This document shows positions 37,765-46,278 of a stretch of 64,000 bases of DNA, in pieces. Each line of letters begins with the position of its first letter. Within the stretch, counting starts at the first letter, position 1. The position numbers and the translations under genes are program-made. Below the pieces are notes generated by a model. It was not told the origin of the DNA, searched no databases, and worked only from the letters and a program-made list of their open reading frames with translations. The DNA lies in NCBI RefSeq assembly GCF_058153355.1, contig NZ_CM177019.1; one strand, given 5' to 3'.

Positions 37765-37780
37765 TGTGATTACGATCACA
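37765..37780. promoter_or_regulatory. CRP-type site TGTGA-N6-TCACA in the yqcE/ygcW divergent promoter region
   Basis: Perfect match to both CRP half-sites with 6-bp spacer (TGTGATTACGATCACA), overlapping a second palindrome ATCACACTGTGAT. Confidence 0.55.
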
Positions 37781-37833
37781 TTAGCGCTTATGCCCTTATG
37801 CTAAAAATTATCTCCAGTTACCAGAGATAATGA

Positions 37834-37880
37834 GAAAGGTAACTTCCCTCTCGCGGGGGAAGTTACCTTTCTTTTTTTTT
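37834..37880 (+). terminator. intrinsic-terminator-like hairpin plus T9 in the ygcW 5' leader (candidate attenuator)
   Basis: 15-bp perfect stem GAAAGGTAACTTCCC / GGGAAGTTACCTTTC with 8-nt loop, followed by TTTTTTTTT, 24 nt upstream of the ygcW ATG. Confidence 0.55.
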
Positions 37881-37904
37881 GCCTTACGGAAATTGGAGCT
37901 AACT

Positions 37905-38690
37905 ATGTCAATCGAATCTCTCAATGCGTTCTCAATGGATTTTTTCTCCCTGAAAGGTAAAACCGCAATTGTTACCGGCGGGAATAGCGGTTTAGGCCAG
38001 GCATTTGCCATGGCACTCGCAAAAGCAGGCGCAAATATCTTTATTCCAAGTTTCGTTAAAGATAATGGCGAAACAAAGGAAATGATTGAAAAACAGGGTG
38101 TTGAGGTGGACTTCATGCAGGTGGATATCACCGCAGAAGGCGCGCCGCAGAAGATAATTACCGCCTGTTGTGAACGTTTCGGCACCGTCGATATTCTGGT
38201 TAACAATGCCGGTATATGTAAGCTGAATAAGGTGCTGGATTTCGGTCGTGCCGACTGGGACCCGATGATTGACGTGAACCTGACCGCCGCATTCGAGTTA
38301 AGCTATGAAGCGGCAAAAATTATGATCCCGCAGAAAAGCGGTAAAATCATTAATATCTGTTCATTATTCTCTTACTTAGGTGGACAATGGTCACCTGCAT
38401 ATTCTGCCACTAAACATGCTCTTGCCGGATTCACCAAAGCTTATTGTGATGAACTAGGTCAATATAATATTCAGGTAAATGGTATTGCCCCTGGCTATTA
38501 TGCAACAGATATCACCCTGGCGACACGCAGTAATCCAGAAACCAATCAGCGCGTTCTTGATCATATTCCGGCAAACCGTTGGGGCGATACTCAGGATTTA
38601 ATGGGCGCAGCCGTATTCCTCGCAAGTCCGGCTTCAAATTATGTTAACGGGCATTTATTAGTGGTCGATGGCGGTTATTTAGTGCGCTAA
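37905..38690 (+). CDS. ygcW: short-chain dehydrogenase/reductase (KduD-like)
   Basis: ORF 37830-38690 trimmed to MSIESLNAF...; SDR motifs TGGNSGLG and YSATK; the track N-terminal extension would run through the leader hairpin. Confidence 0.88.
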   Translation: MSIESLNAFSMDFFSLKGKTAIVTGGNSGLGQAFAMALAKAGANIFIPSFVKDNGETKEMIEKQGVEVDFMQVDITAEGAPQKIITACCERFGTVDILVNNAGICKLNKVLDFGRADWDPMIDVNLTAAFELSYEAAKIMIPQKSGKIINICSLFSYLGGQWSPAYSATKHALAGFTKAYCDELGQYNIQVNGIAPGYYATDITLATRSNPETNQRVLDHIPANRWGDTQDLMGAAVFLASPASNYVNGHLLVVDGGYLVR

Positions 38691-38759
38691 TCCATAACGG
38701 TGGTTTCTGATTTCTTTTATTAATGACTATTCCATTTTTATTATCAGGAAGGAATTACT

Positions 38760-40214
38760 ATGTCTTTATCTCGCGCAGCGATTGTCGACCAGCTAAAGGA
38801 AATTGTTGGTGCAGATCGCGTAATTACCGATGAAACGGTATTGAAGAAAAACAGTATTGATCGTTTTCGTAAATTTCCGGATATTCATGGTATTTATACT
38901 TTGCCTATTCCGGCAGCGGTCGTAAAACTCGGTTCCACAGAGCAAGTGTCCCGTGTGCTGAATTTTATGAATGCACACAAAATTAACGGCGTACCACGTA
39001 CCGGTGCTTCCGCTACCGAAGGCGGGCTGGAAACTGTTGTGGAAAACTCGGTGGTGCTCGATGGCTCTGCAATGAATCAAATCATTAATATTGATATAGA
39101 GAATATGCAGGCCACGGCGCAATGTGGCGTTCCGTTGGAAGTGCTGGAAAACGCGTTGCGTGAAAAAGGCTATACCACGGGGCATTCTCCGCAGTCAAAA
39201 CCGTTGGCGCAGATGGGTGGGTTGGTAGCTACCCGCAGCATCGGGCAGTTCTCCACACTCTACGGCGCAATCGAGGATATGGTCGTTGGCCTGGAAGCAG
39301 TACTGGTTGATGGCACCGTGACACGCATTAAAAACGTGCCACGACGCGCGGCGGGCCCGGACATTCGTCACATCATCATCGGCAACGAAGGTGCATTGTG
39401 CTATATCACTGAAATAACAGTGAAAATATTTAAATTCACTCCCGAAAACAACCTCTTTTATGGCTATATCCTGGAAGACATGAAGACCGGCTTCAACATC
39501 CTGCGTGAAATCATGGTGGAAGGATATCGTCCGTCGATCGCTCGTTTGTATGACGCTGAAGATGGCACCCAACACTTCACCCATTTTGCCGACGGAAAAT
39601 GCGTGCTGATCTTTATGGCTGAAGGTAACCCTCGCATTGCGAAGGCGACGGGCGAAGGGATTGCAGAAATCGTGGCACGTTACCCGCAATGCCAGCGCGT
39701 GGACAGTAAGCTGATCGAAACCTGGTTTAACAACCTGAACTGGGGACCGGATAAAGTGGCTGCCGAACGTGTGCAGATCCTCAAAACCGGCAACATGGGC
39801 TTTACCACCGAAGTGTCCGGCTGCTGGAGTTGCATACACGAAATCTACGAAAGCGTTATTAACCGTATTCGTACCGAGTTCGCGCACGCCGACGACATCA
39901 CCATGCTGGGCGGTCACTCCTCTCATAGCTATCAGAACGGCACCAACATGTACTTCGTCTACGACTACAACGTTGTTGACTGTAAGCCGGAAGAGGAAAT
40001 CGACAAATACCACAATCCGCTCAACAAAATCATCTGCGAAGAAACCATTCGCCTCGGCGGTTCGATGGTACACCATCACGGTATCGGTAAACATCGTGTT
40101 CACTGGAGCAAACTGGAACACGGCAGCGCGTGGACATTGCTGGAAGGGCTGAAAAAACAGTTCGATCCTAACGGTATTATGAATACGGGTACTATCTATC
40201 CGATTGAAAAATAA
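38760..40214 (+). CDS. ygcU: FAD-linked oxidase (GlcD / alkyl-DHAP-synthase-like)
   Basis: 484-aa ORF with FAD-binding PCMH-type N-domain. Confidence 0.85.
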   Translation: MSLSRAAIVDQLKEIVGADRVITDETVLKKNSIDRFRKFPDIHGIYTLPIPAAVVKLGSTEQVSRVLNFMNAHKINGVPRTGASATEGGLETVVENSVVLDGSAMNQIINIDIENMQATAQCGVPLEVLENALREKGYTTGHSPQSKPLAQMGGLVATRSIGQFSTLYGAIEDMVVGLEAVLVDGTVTRIKNVPRRAAGPDIRHIIIGNEGALCYITEITVKIFKFTPENNLFYGYILEDMKTGFNILREIMVEGYRPSIARLYDAEDGTQHFTHFADGKCVLIFMAEGNPRIAKATGEGIAEIVARYPQCQRVDSKLIETWFNNLNWGPDKVAAERVQILKTGNMGFTTEVSGCWSCIHEIYESVINRIRTEFAHADDITMLGGHSSHSYQNGTNMYFVYDYNVVDCKPEEEIDKYHNPLNKIICEETIRLGGSMVHHHGIGKHRVHWSKLEHGSAWTLLEGLKKQFDPNGIMNTGTIYPIEK

Positions 40215-40307
40215 TGTGTCAGGCAGCGTTTCGCGATGACGGGGCGTTGTCTTTTCGGCTTCTCAACCGGGAAGCCGTTCTTATTACCGGACAATGAAGG
40301 GGTAAAG

Positions 40308-41645
40308 ATGAACACTTCACCGGTGCGAATGGATGATTTACCGCTTAACCGTTTTCACTGTCGAATTGCTGCGCTGACTTTCGGCGCACACCTGACCGAC
40401 GGTTATGTTCTCGGCGTCATTGGTTACGCCATAATTCAGCTTACTCCAGCCATGCAACTGACGCCGTTTATGGCGGGAATGATTGGTGGCTCGGCGCTAC
40501 TTGGCCTGTTTATCGGCAGCCTGGTTTTGGGGTGGATCTCCGACCATATCGGGCGGCAAAAAATCTTCACCTTCAGCTTTATGCTGATTACGCTCGCCTC
40601 GTTCCTGCAATTTTTTGCCACCACGCCAGAGCATCTTATTGGACTACGCATTTTGATCGGCATTGGTCTGGGAGGCGACTATTCAGTAGGTCACACCTTG
40701 CTGGCTGAATTTTCCCCGCGCCGCCATCGCGGTATTTTGCTAGGCGCTTTCAGCGTGGTGTGGACCGTAGGCTATGTGTTGGCAAGTCTTGCCGGACATC
40801 ACTTTATTAGCGAAAGCCCCGAAGCCTGGCGATGGTTACTTGCATCGGCGGCATTTCCTGCCCTGTTGATTACGTTGTTACGTTGGGGAACGCCAGAATC
40901 GCCACGCTGGCTACTGCGCCAGGGGCGTTTTGCAGAAGCTCACGCTATCGTGCATCGCTATTTTGGTCCCCATGTTTTACTGGGCGATGAAGTGGCAACG
41001 GCGACCCATAAACACATCAAAACCTTGTTCTCTTCGCGCTACTGGCGGCGCACGGCGTTTAACAGCGTCTTCTTTGTCTGCCTCGTAATCCCATGGTTTG
41101 TGATTTATACCTGGCTGCCAACTATCGCCCAGACTATTGGACTGGAAGATGCGCTGACTGCCAGCCTGATGCTTAATGCGTTGTTAATTGTGGGCGCGCT
41201 GCTGGGATTATTTCTGACGCACCTGCTGGCACATCGCAAATTTTTACTTGGCAGTTTTTTGTTGCTGGCGGCAACGCTGGTAGTGATGGCCTGTTTGCCT
41301 TCTGCCTGTTCATTAACGCTGCTGCTTTTTGTTCTCTTCAGTACCACCATTTCGGCAGTCAGTAATCTGGTGGGCATTTTGCCTGCGGAAAGTTTTCCTA
41401 CTGACATTCGCTCGCTGGGTGTCGGTTTTGCCACTGCCATGAGTCGGTTGGGGGCGGCGGTAAGTACTGGCCTGCTGCCGTGGGTGCTGGCGCAGTGGGG
41501 AATGCAAGTCACCTTATTGCTCCTGGCGGCAGTGTTGTTGGTTGGTTTTGTTGTGACCTGGCTATGGGCGCCAGAAACCAAAGCACTCCCGCTGGTGGCG
41601 GCGGGAAATGTAGGAGGTACTAATGAACATTCTGTTAGCATTTAA
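40308..41645 (+). CDS. ygcS: MFS sugar-type transporter
   Basis: ORF 40236-41645 trimmed to MNTSPVRMDD... with GAAGGGG Shine-Dalgarno; polytopic MFS. Confidence 0.85.
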   Translation: MNTSPVRMDDLPLNRFHCRIAALTFGAHLTDGYVLGVIGYAIIQLTPAMQLTPFMAGMIGGSALLGLFIGSLVLGWISDHIGRQKIFTFSFMLITLASFLQFFATTPEHLIGLRILIGIGLGGDYSVGHTLLAEFSPRRHRGILLGAFSVVWTVGYVLASLAGHHFISESPEAWRWLLASAAFPALLITLLRWGTPESPRWLLRQGRFAEAHAIVHRYFGPHVLLGDEVATATHKHIKTLFSSRYWRRTAFNSVFFVCLVIPWFVIYTWLPTIAQTIGLEDALTASLMLNALLIVGALLGLFLTHLLAHRKFLLGSFLLLAATLVVMACLPSACSLTLLLFVLFSTTISAVSNLVGILPAESFPTDIRSLGVGFATAMSRLGAAVSTGLLPWVLAQWGMQVTLLLLAAVLLVGFVVTWLWAPETKALPLVAAGNVGGTNEHSVSI

Positions 41646-42402
41646 AGCCGAACCAGATGCCGGAATGCTGGCAGAAAAAGAGTGGCAGGTGGCGGCTCAG
41701 GGTAATCGCGGACCGGATGTTTCGCTGCTGCGAAGTTTACTCGGTGCTGATGAACAGGCCGCTGCCGCGCTTCTGTTAGCGCAGAGAAAAAACGGTACGC
41801 CGATGTCTTTAACCGCGTTGAGCATGGGGGATGAACGGGCGTTGCACTGGCTGCGCTATCTTATGGCGTTGGGGTTTGAGAAGGCAGTATTGCTGGAGAC
41901 GGCGGCAGATCTGCGCTTTGCACCGGAATTTGTCGCCCGGCATATTGCCGAATGGCAGTGCCAGAATCCGCTGGATCTGATAATTACCGGCTGCCAGAGC
42001 AGCGAAGGGCAGAACGGGCAAACGCCATTTTTGCTGGCGGAAATGCTGACCTGGCCCTGTTTTACCCAGGTGGAGCGTTTTACTCTCGACGCACCGTTTA
42101 TCTCGCTCGAACAGCGTACTGAACATGGATTACGCTGTTGTCGGGTTCGCTTGCCTGCGGTGATTGCCGTGCGCCAGTGTGGCGAGGTGGCCTTGCCAGT
42201 ACCGGGAATGCGCCAGCGAATGGCTGCGGGGAAAGCTGAAATTATCCGCAAAACTGTTACTGCTGAATCGTCTGCGATGCAGTGCCGGCAACTGGAAAGG
42301 CCAGAGCAACGACGCGGTGCAACGCTTCTTGATGGACAAACGGTAGCAGAAAAAGCGCAAAAGCTATGGCAGGACTATTTACGCCAAAGGATGCAGCCAT
42401 GA
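41623..42402 (+). CDS. ygcR: electron-transfer flavoprotein beta-subunit-like (FixA-like)
   Basis: 259-aa ORF; ETF-beta-like; translationally coupled (ATGA overlap) with ygcQ. Confidence 0.85.
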   Translation: MNILLAFKAEPDAGMLAEKEWQVAAQGNRGPDVSLLRSLLGADEQAAAALLLAQRKNGTPMSLTALSMGDERALHWLRYLMALGFEKAVLLETAADLRFAPEFVARHIAEWQCQNPLDLIITGCQSSEGQNGQTPFLLAEMLTWPCFTQVERFTLDAPFISLEQRTEHGLRCCRVRLPAVIAVRQCGEVALPVPGMRQRMAAGKAEIIRKTVTAESSAMQCRQLERPEQRRGATLLDGQTVAEKAQKLWQDYLRQRMQP

Positions 42403-43259
42403 ATATCGCCATTGTGACAATAAATCAGGAACATGCCGCAATAGCGGGCTGGCTGGCGGAGCAGGATTTCAGCGGCAGCACATTAACGCACTGGCAAATC
42501 GAGCCGCAGCCGATGGTCGCGGAACAGGTGCTGGATGCGCTGGTAGAACAGTGGCAGCGAACGCCTGCGGACGTTGTTCTCTTTCCGCCGGGAACGTTTG
42601 GCGATGAACTGGCTACCCGCCTGTCCTGGCGTTTACATGGTGCCAGTATATGCCAGGTGACTTCATTAAATATTCCAACCGGAAGCGTACGCAAATCCCA
42701 CTGGGGAAATGCGCTAACGGCGACGCTGCAAACAGAAAAACGCCCGCTATGCTTCTCCCTGGCGCGTCAGGCGGGAGCAGATAAAAACGCCTCGTTGCCC
42801 CCGGGTATGCAGCAACTGAACATTGTCCCAGGTGCGCTTCCCGGCTGGCTGGTTAGCATAGTGAACCTGAAAAATGTTACCCGTGACCCATTAGCTGAGG
42901 CCAGACGGGTGCTGGTGGTGGGGCAGGGCGGAGAGGCAGATAACCAGGAAATCGCTATGCTGGCAGAAAAGCTGGGAGCCGAAGTGGGCTACAGTCGGGC
43001 GCGAGTAATGAACGGTGGCGTTGATGCCGAAAAAGTGATTGGTATTTCCGGACATCTGCTGGCACCTGAGGTGTGTATTGTTGTTGGCGCTTCCGGCGCA
43101 GCAGCGTTAATGGCGGGCGTCCGCAATAGCAAGTTTGTGGTGGCGATTAATCATGACGCCAGCGCGGCGGTATTTTCACAGGCAGATGTTGGCGTGGTTG
43201 ATGACTGGAAAGCGGTGCTGGAGGCACTGGTGACAACCATTCACGCAGATTGCCAATAA
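42399..43259 (+). CDS. ygcQ: electron-transfer flavoprotein alpha-subunit-like (FixB-like)
   Basis: ORF 42366-43259 trimmed to MNIAIVTINQ...; ETF-alpha-like. Confidence 0.85.
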   Translation: MNIAIVTINQEHAAIAGWLAEQDFSGSTLTHWQIEPQPMVAEQVLDALVEQWQRTPADVVLFPPGTFGDELATRLSWRLHGASICQVTSLNIPTGSVRKSHWGNALTATLQTEKRPLCFSLARQAGADKNASLPPGMQQLNIVPGALPGWLVSIVNLKNVTRDPLAEARRVLVVGQGGEADNQEIAMLAEKLGAEVGYSRARVMNGGVDAEKVIGISGHLLAPEVCIVVGASGAAALMAGVRNSKFVVAINHDASAAVFSQADVGVVDDWKAVLEALVTTIHADCQ

Positions 43260-43307
43260 CGTGCTGCCGGATGATCCTGCCTACGGTTCTGGGCTGGGGA
43301 CTTGTAA

Positions 43308-43342
43308 GCCTGATAAGACGCGTCAAGCGTCGTATCAGGCGC
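43308..43342. repeat. REP palindrome between convergent ygcQ and ygcP
   Basis: GCCTGATAAGACGCGTCAAGCGTCGTATCAGGCGC, typical enterobacterial REP sequence. Confidence 0.75.
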
Positions 43343-43405
43343 TGAATGTCGGATGTGGCGTGCAGCCTACAAATCACACAAATTCAATTCGTTACGATTA
43401 TCTCG

Positions 43406-43981
43406 TCAAAGCAATTTTTTCGCTAACGTCCAGACCCCGGTATTCGTGGTAGAAAGCGCCACTACACCGGCGTTAATCGCATTACGCGCATCTTCTTCAT
43501 CGCACACCAGCCCGCCAGCAATCAGCGGCTGGTGGATTTTCTCCGTTACCCAGCCCAGTACTTTAGGCATACAGCCTGGCAGAATTTCAATACAATCCGG
43601 GTTCGATTGCGCAACCTGTTTATCAATGTTGTGAAATGAAATCGAATCAACAATAAACAAGCGATGAATACAGAAAAAGCCTTCCGCTCTCGCCGCTTTT
43701 AGCATTGACGCTTTGGTACTGATAATGCCGTCCGCCTCGGTCACCAGTTTCAGAAACTGAATTACTACTTCTTTATTTGACGCGCCTTCCAGCAAATCGA
43801 CATGAATAAAAGCATATTTTCCGGCGTTCTTAATCTTTTTGACGATATGACTGATGGTGCAAATATTGCCGTATAACACGGAAATAAACTGGCATTCAGA
43901 ATCGATTGCCAACTGCAGGCTGGCATTATCTTTAACGGCAGCAATCACCGGATTCTGGCGGAGCAGGTGTAAGAGGGGCAT
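43406..43981 (-). CDS. ygcP: GlpP-like putative transcription antiterminator
   Basis: 191-aa ORF recognised as YgcP (glycerol-3-phosphate-responsive antiterminator family). Confidence 0.85.
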   Translation of the reverse strand: MPLLHLLRQNPVIAAVKDNASLQLAIDSECQFISVLYGNICTISHIVKKIKNAGKYAFIHVDLLEGASNKEVVIQFLKLVTEADGIISTKASMLKAARAEGFFCIHRLFIVDSISFHNIDKQVAQSNPDCIEILPGCMPKVLGWVTEKIHQPLIAGGLVCDEEDARNAINAGVVALSTTNTGVWTLAKKLL

Positions 43982-43997
43982 AAATTATCCTTATTAT

Positions 43998-44258
43998 TTA
44001 TCCAAAGCGGTAGGTGATGCCGAATCCGGAAGGCGGATAGCGCCACTGTTGTAGCGTTTTTTCATCGCACAGCAAACGGCAGGTGCCGCACTCCAGACAA
44101 TTACGATAATCAACGTGCAAATCACCTTCCGGTGTGAGCGAAAAAAGACCAGCCGGACAAGCGTTAATCAACCGTTCTGCCGTCTGGCGCTCAACGGAGT
44201 CAGCCGGAACAATATGTGGCGCATCAGCAGCGCGCCAGAGATTACGGGCTACAGACAT
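43998..44258 (-). CDS. ygcO: ferredoxin-like protein (FixX-like)
   Basis: ORF 43998-44294; Cys-rich (CLECGTCRLLC); start uncertain, placed at MSVARNLW. Confidence 0.75.
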   Translation of the reverse strand: MSVARNLWRAADAPHIVPADSVERQTAERLINACPAGLFSLTPEGDLHVDYRNCLECGTCRLLCDEKTLQQWRYPPSGFGITYRFG

Positions 44259-45520
44259 CGAATACTCCTGACAACATCGCCCGCCAGATGCCACAGGCCA
44301 TGACGACGTAAATGACGCCAGAGCAACTGGCGCAGCGGCGGAACAGGTTTATCACCTTGATCCCATAAATCACGGGAAATATCCTGCATTAACACAGGCC
44401 ACTTACGGTACCAGCCCGGGCGTTGCAAAAGCGCCGGAACATGCTGATAGCGCTGTAGAACATCCCACAGCAGGCTGCGCTCTACGTTGTAATGATAAAG
44501 CGGAAACAGATTTTGCGGCTCGCGGTGCTGGCAGGCGCTTATCAGCGTTTGTGCCGCCGCCTGCGCGCCAGTTAGCGCCATATCCATGCCGCGCACGGAA
44601 ATTCCGGTATTGACGCAACTGCGCAACGTATCGCCCACCAGCAGCCAGCCGTTACCGGCGTATTGCACCGGCATACTGTGCAGGCCACCTTCCGGCACCA
44701 GATGCGCGCCATACTCCAGCGATTCCGCGCTTTTGATAAGCTGGCGCACTGCCGGATGCGTTTTAAAGCGGGCCAGCAGCTCGCTTGCCGGAACACGACT
44801 TTGCGTAAGTGAAGAGAGCGGGCAAACAATCCCTAACGAGAGCGTTTGTTGATTAGTATAAAGAAATGCGCCGCCGGGTAAGTCATCACAGATTCCGCCG
44901 CTGAACAGCAACGCTGCGCCTTCGTTATTCTCCAGATGAAAACGTTCTTCAATAGCGGATGTTTCCAGTGAAAGAACTTCTTTGATCCCCAACGCCATCG
45001 CTTCGCCAGCAGGACGAGTCACTAACCCGTGACGCTCAGCCAGGACGCTGTTGGCACCTTCTGCCAGCACCACATAACGGGCGCGGAGAATATCGTCACC
45101 ACAAATAACGCCGCAAACTCTGCCGTTTTCTTCATACAGCGCATCTACCGTCGCACCAGGGATGCATTCGACACCTTCTTTTTCGGCTTCGGCAACCAGC
45201 CACGGATCGAACCGTGCACGTAATACGCTCCAGGATTCACCGCCGGGCTGTAAGCTGGAAAACGTCGTTGCGCCATCCGGCGTTAGCAGAGAAAGACTTT
45301 CGTGAGTGATGCGTCGTTCAAGAGGCGCGGTCAGGTGAAACTGAGGGAGGAGTTCCGCGAGCGCATGGGTGTATAAACGCCCGCCGGAAAGGTTTTTACT
45401 GCCGGGAATTTCAGCGCGTTCCAGTAACAGAACGGATAAACCTGCCCGCGCGCAGCGTAAAGCACAAGCGGTGCCTGCTATACCCGCACCAATAATAATA
45501 ATGTCGCAGTCGTCTTCCAT
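44249..45520 (-). CDS. ygcN: ETF-quinone oxidoreductase-like flavoprotein (FixC-like)
   Basis: ORF 44249-45550 trimmed to MEDDCDIIIIGAGIAG... (FAD dinucleotide-binding motif). Confidence 0.85.
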   Translation of the reverse strand: MEDDCDIIIIGAGIAGTACALRCARAGLSVLLLERAEIPGSKNLSGGRLYTHALAELLPQFHLTAPLERRITHESLSLLTPDGATTFSSLQPGGESWSVLRARFDPWLVAEAEKEGVECIPGATVDALYEENGRVCGVICGDDILRARYVVLAEGANSVLAERHGLVTRPAGEAMALGIKEVLSLETSAIEERFHLENNEGAALLFSGGICDDLPGGAFLYTNQQTLSLGIVCPLSSLTQSRVPASELLARFKTHPAVRQLIKSAESLEYGAHLVPEGGLHSMPVQYAGNGWLLVGDTLRSCVNTGISVRGMDMALTGAQAAAQTLISACQHREPQNLFPLYHYNVERSLLWDVLQRYQHVPALLQRPGWYRKWPVLMQDISRDLWDQGDKPVPPLRQLLWRHLRRHGLWHLAGDVVRSIRCL

Positions 45521-45597
45521 GTCATGCCCCAGATATCCAGAGCGCAACACCCTAACATAGCGTTACTTAAGGGAAATTGACCGCCGACACACTCTTA

Positions 45598-45963
45598 TCA
45601 TTCGCCGCGATAGATGCAACCTGCGGTGCAGGTTTCTTTCACCATAACCGCACTTAACAGCGGAACAACCGGTTTAACCTGATCCCAAATCCATTTTGCT
45701 AAAACCTCGCTGGTCGGGTTTTCCAGGCCAGGAATATCATTGAGATAATAGTGATCGAGGCGATCATAGGTTGGTTTAAATGCCGCTTTCAGTTCAGCGA
45801 AATCGATAATCCAGCCCGTATGCGGATCGACTTCCCCGGTAATTTCCAGTCGCACCATAAAGGAATGCCCATGCAGGCGACCACATTTATGTCCTTCCGG
45901 GACGTGTGGTAAGCGGTGAGCGGCTTCGAAGGTGAAATCTTTAAATAACGTGGTGGACATCAT
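45598..45963 (-). CDS. queD: 6-carboxy-5,6,7,8-tetrahydropterin synthase
   Basis: ORF 45598-46047 trimmed to [10 protein letters not shown]... (121 aa); PTPS-family motif [24 protein letters not shown]. Confidence 0.9.
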   Translation of the reverse strand: MMSTTLFKDFTFEAAHRLPHVPEGHKCGRLHGHSFMVRLEITGEVDPHTGWIIDFAELKAAFKPTYDRLDHYYLNDIPGLENPTSEVLAKWIWDQVKPVVPLLSAVMVKETCTAGCIYRGE

Positions 45964-46278
45964 AATTTCTCTACATGACGATAAAACCGCCGTAGAGTAC
46001 CGGAAAGGCTGTTTTTTCGCATTATCTAAAACGACTTTGTTGCGCAAAATCGCTGATTTATCTTAATGATTGGCTAAATTCATTTGTTTTTCATTGGGTT
46101 GGTTAATCTGTTTTGTTGTTAAAGACTATTGCTAAAACAGGTTAGTCGATTTGGTTATTAGTTATCGCTATCCCGTCTTTAATCCACACCGTTCACCCCG
46201 TTAACCTTACCTTCTCTTCTGTTTTATGGGCGCTGACAGGGCGCAGAAACAGCTTTGCTTACTGGAACATAACGACGC

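Noticed and set aside
37830-37904. N-terminal 25-codon extension of the ygcW ORF, or a possible leader peptide
   Set aside because: The extension would be translated through the strong leader hairpin and T9 tract and lacks a ribosome-binding site; the Met at 37905 with GGAG upstream fits the known protein length. A regulatory leader peptide cannot be excluded but is not supported.
39195-40121. 308-aa minus-strand ORF
   Set aside because: Antisense to ygcU; no independent support.
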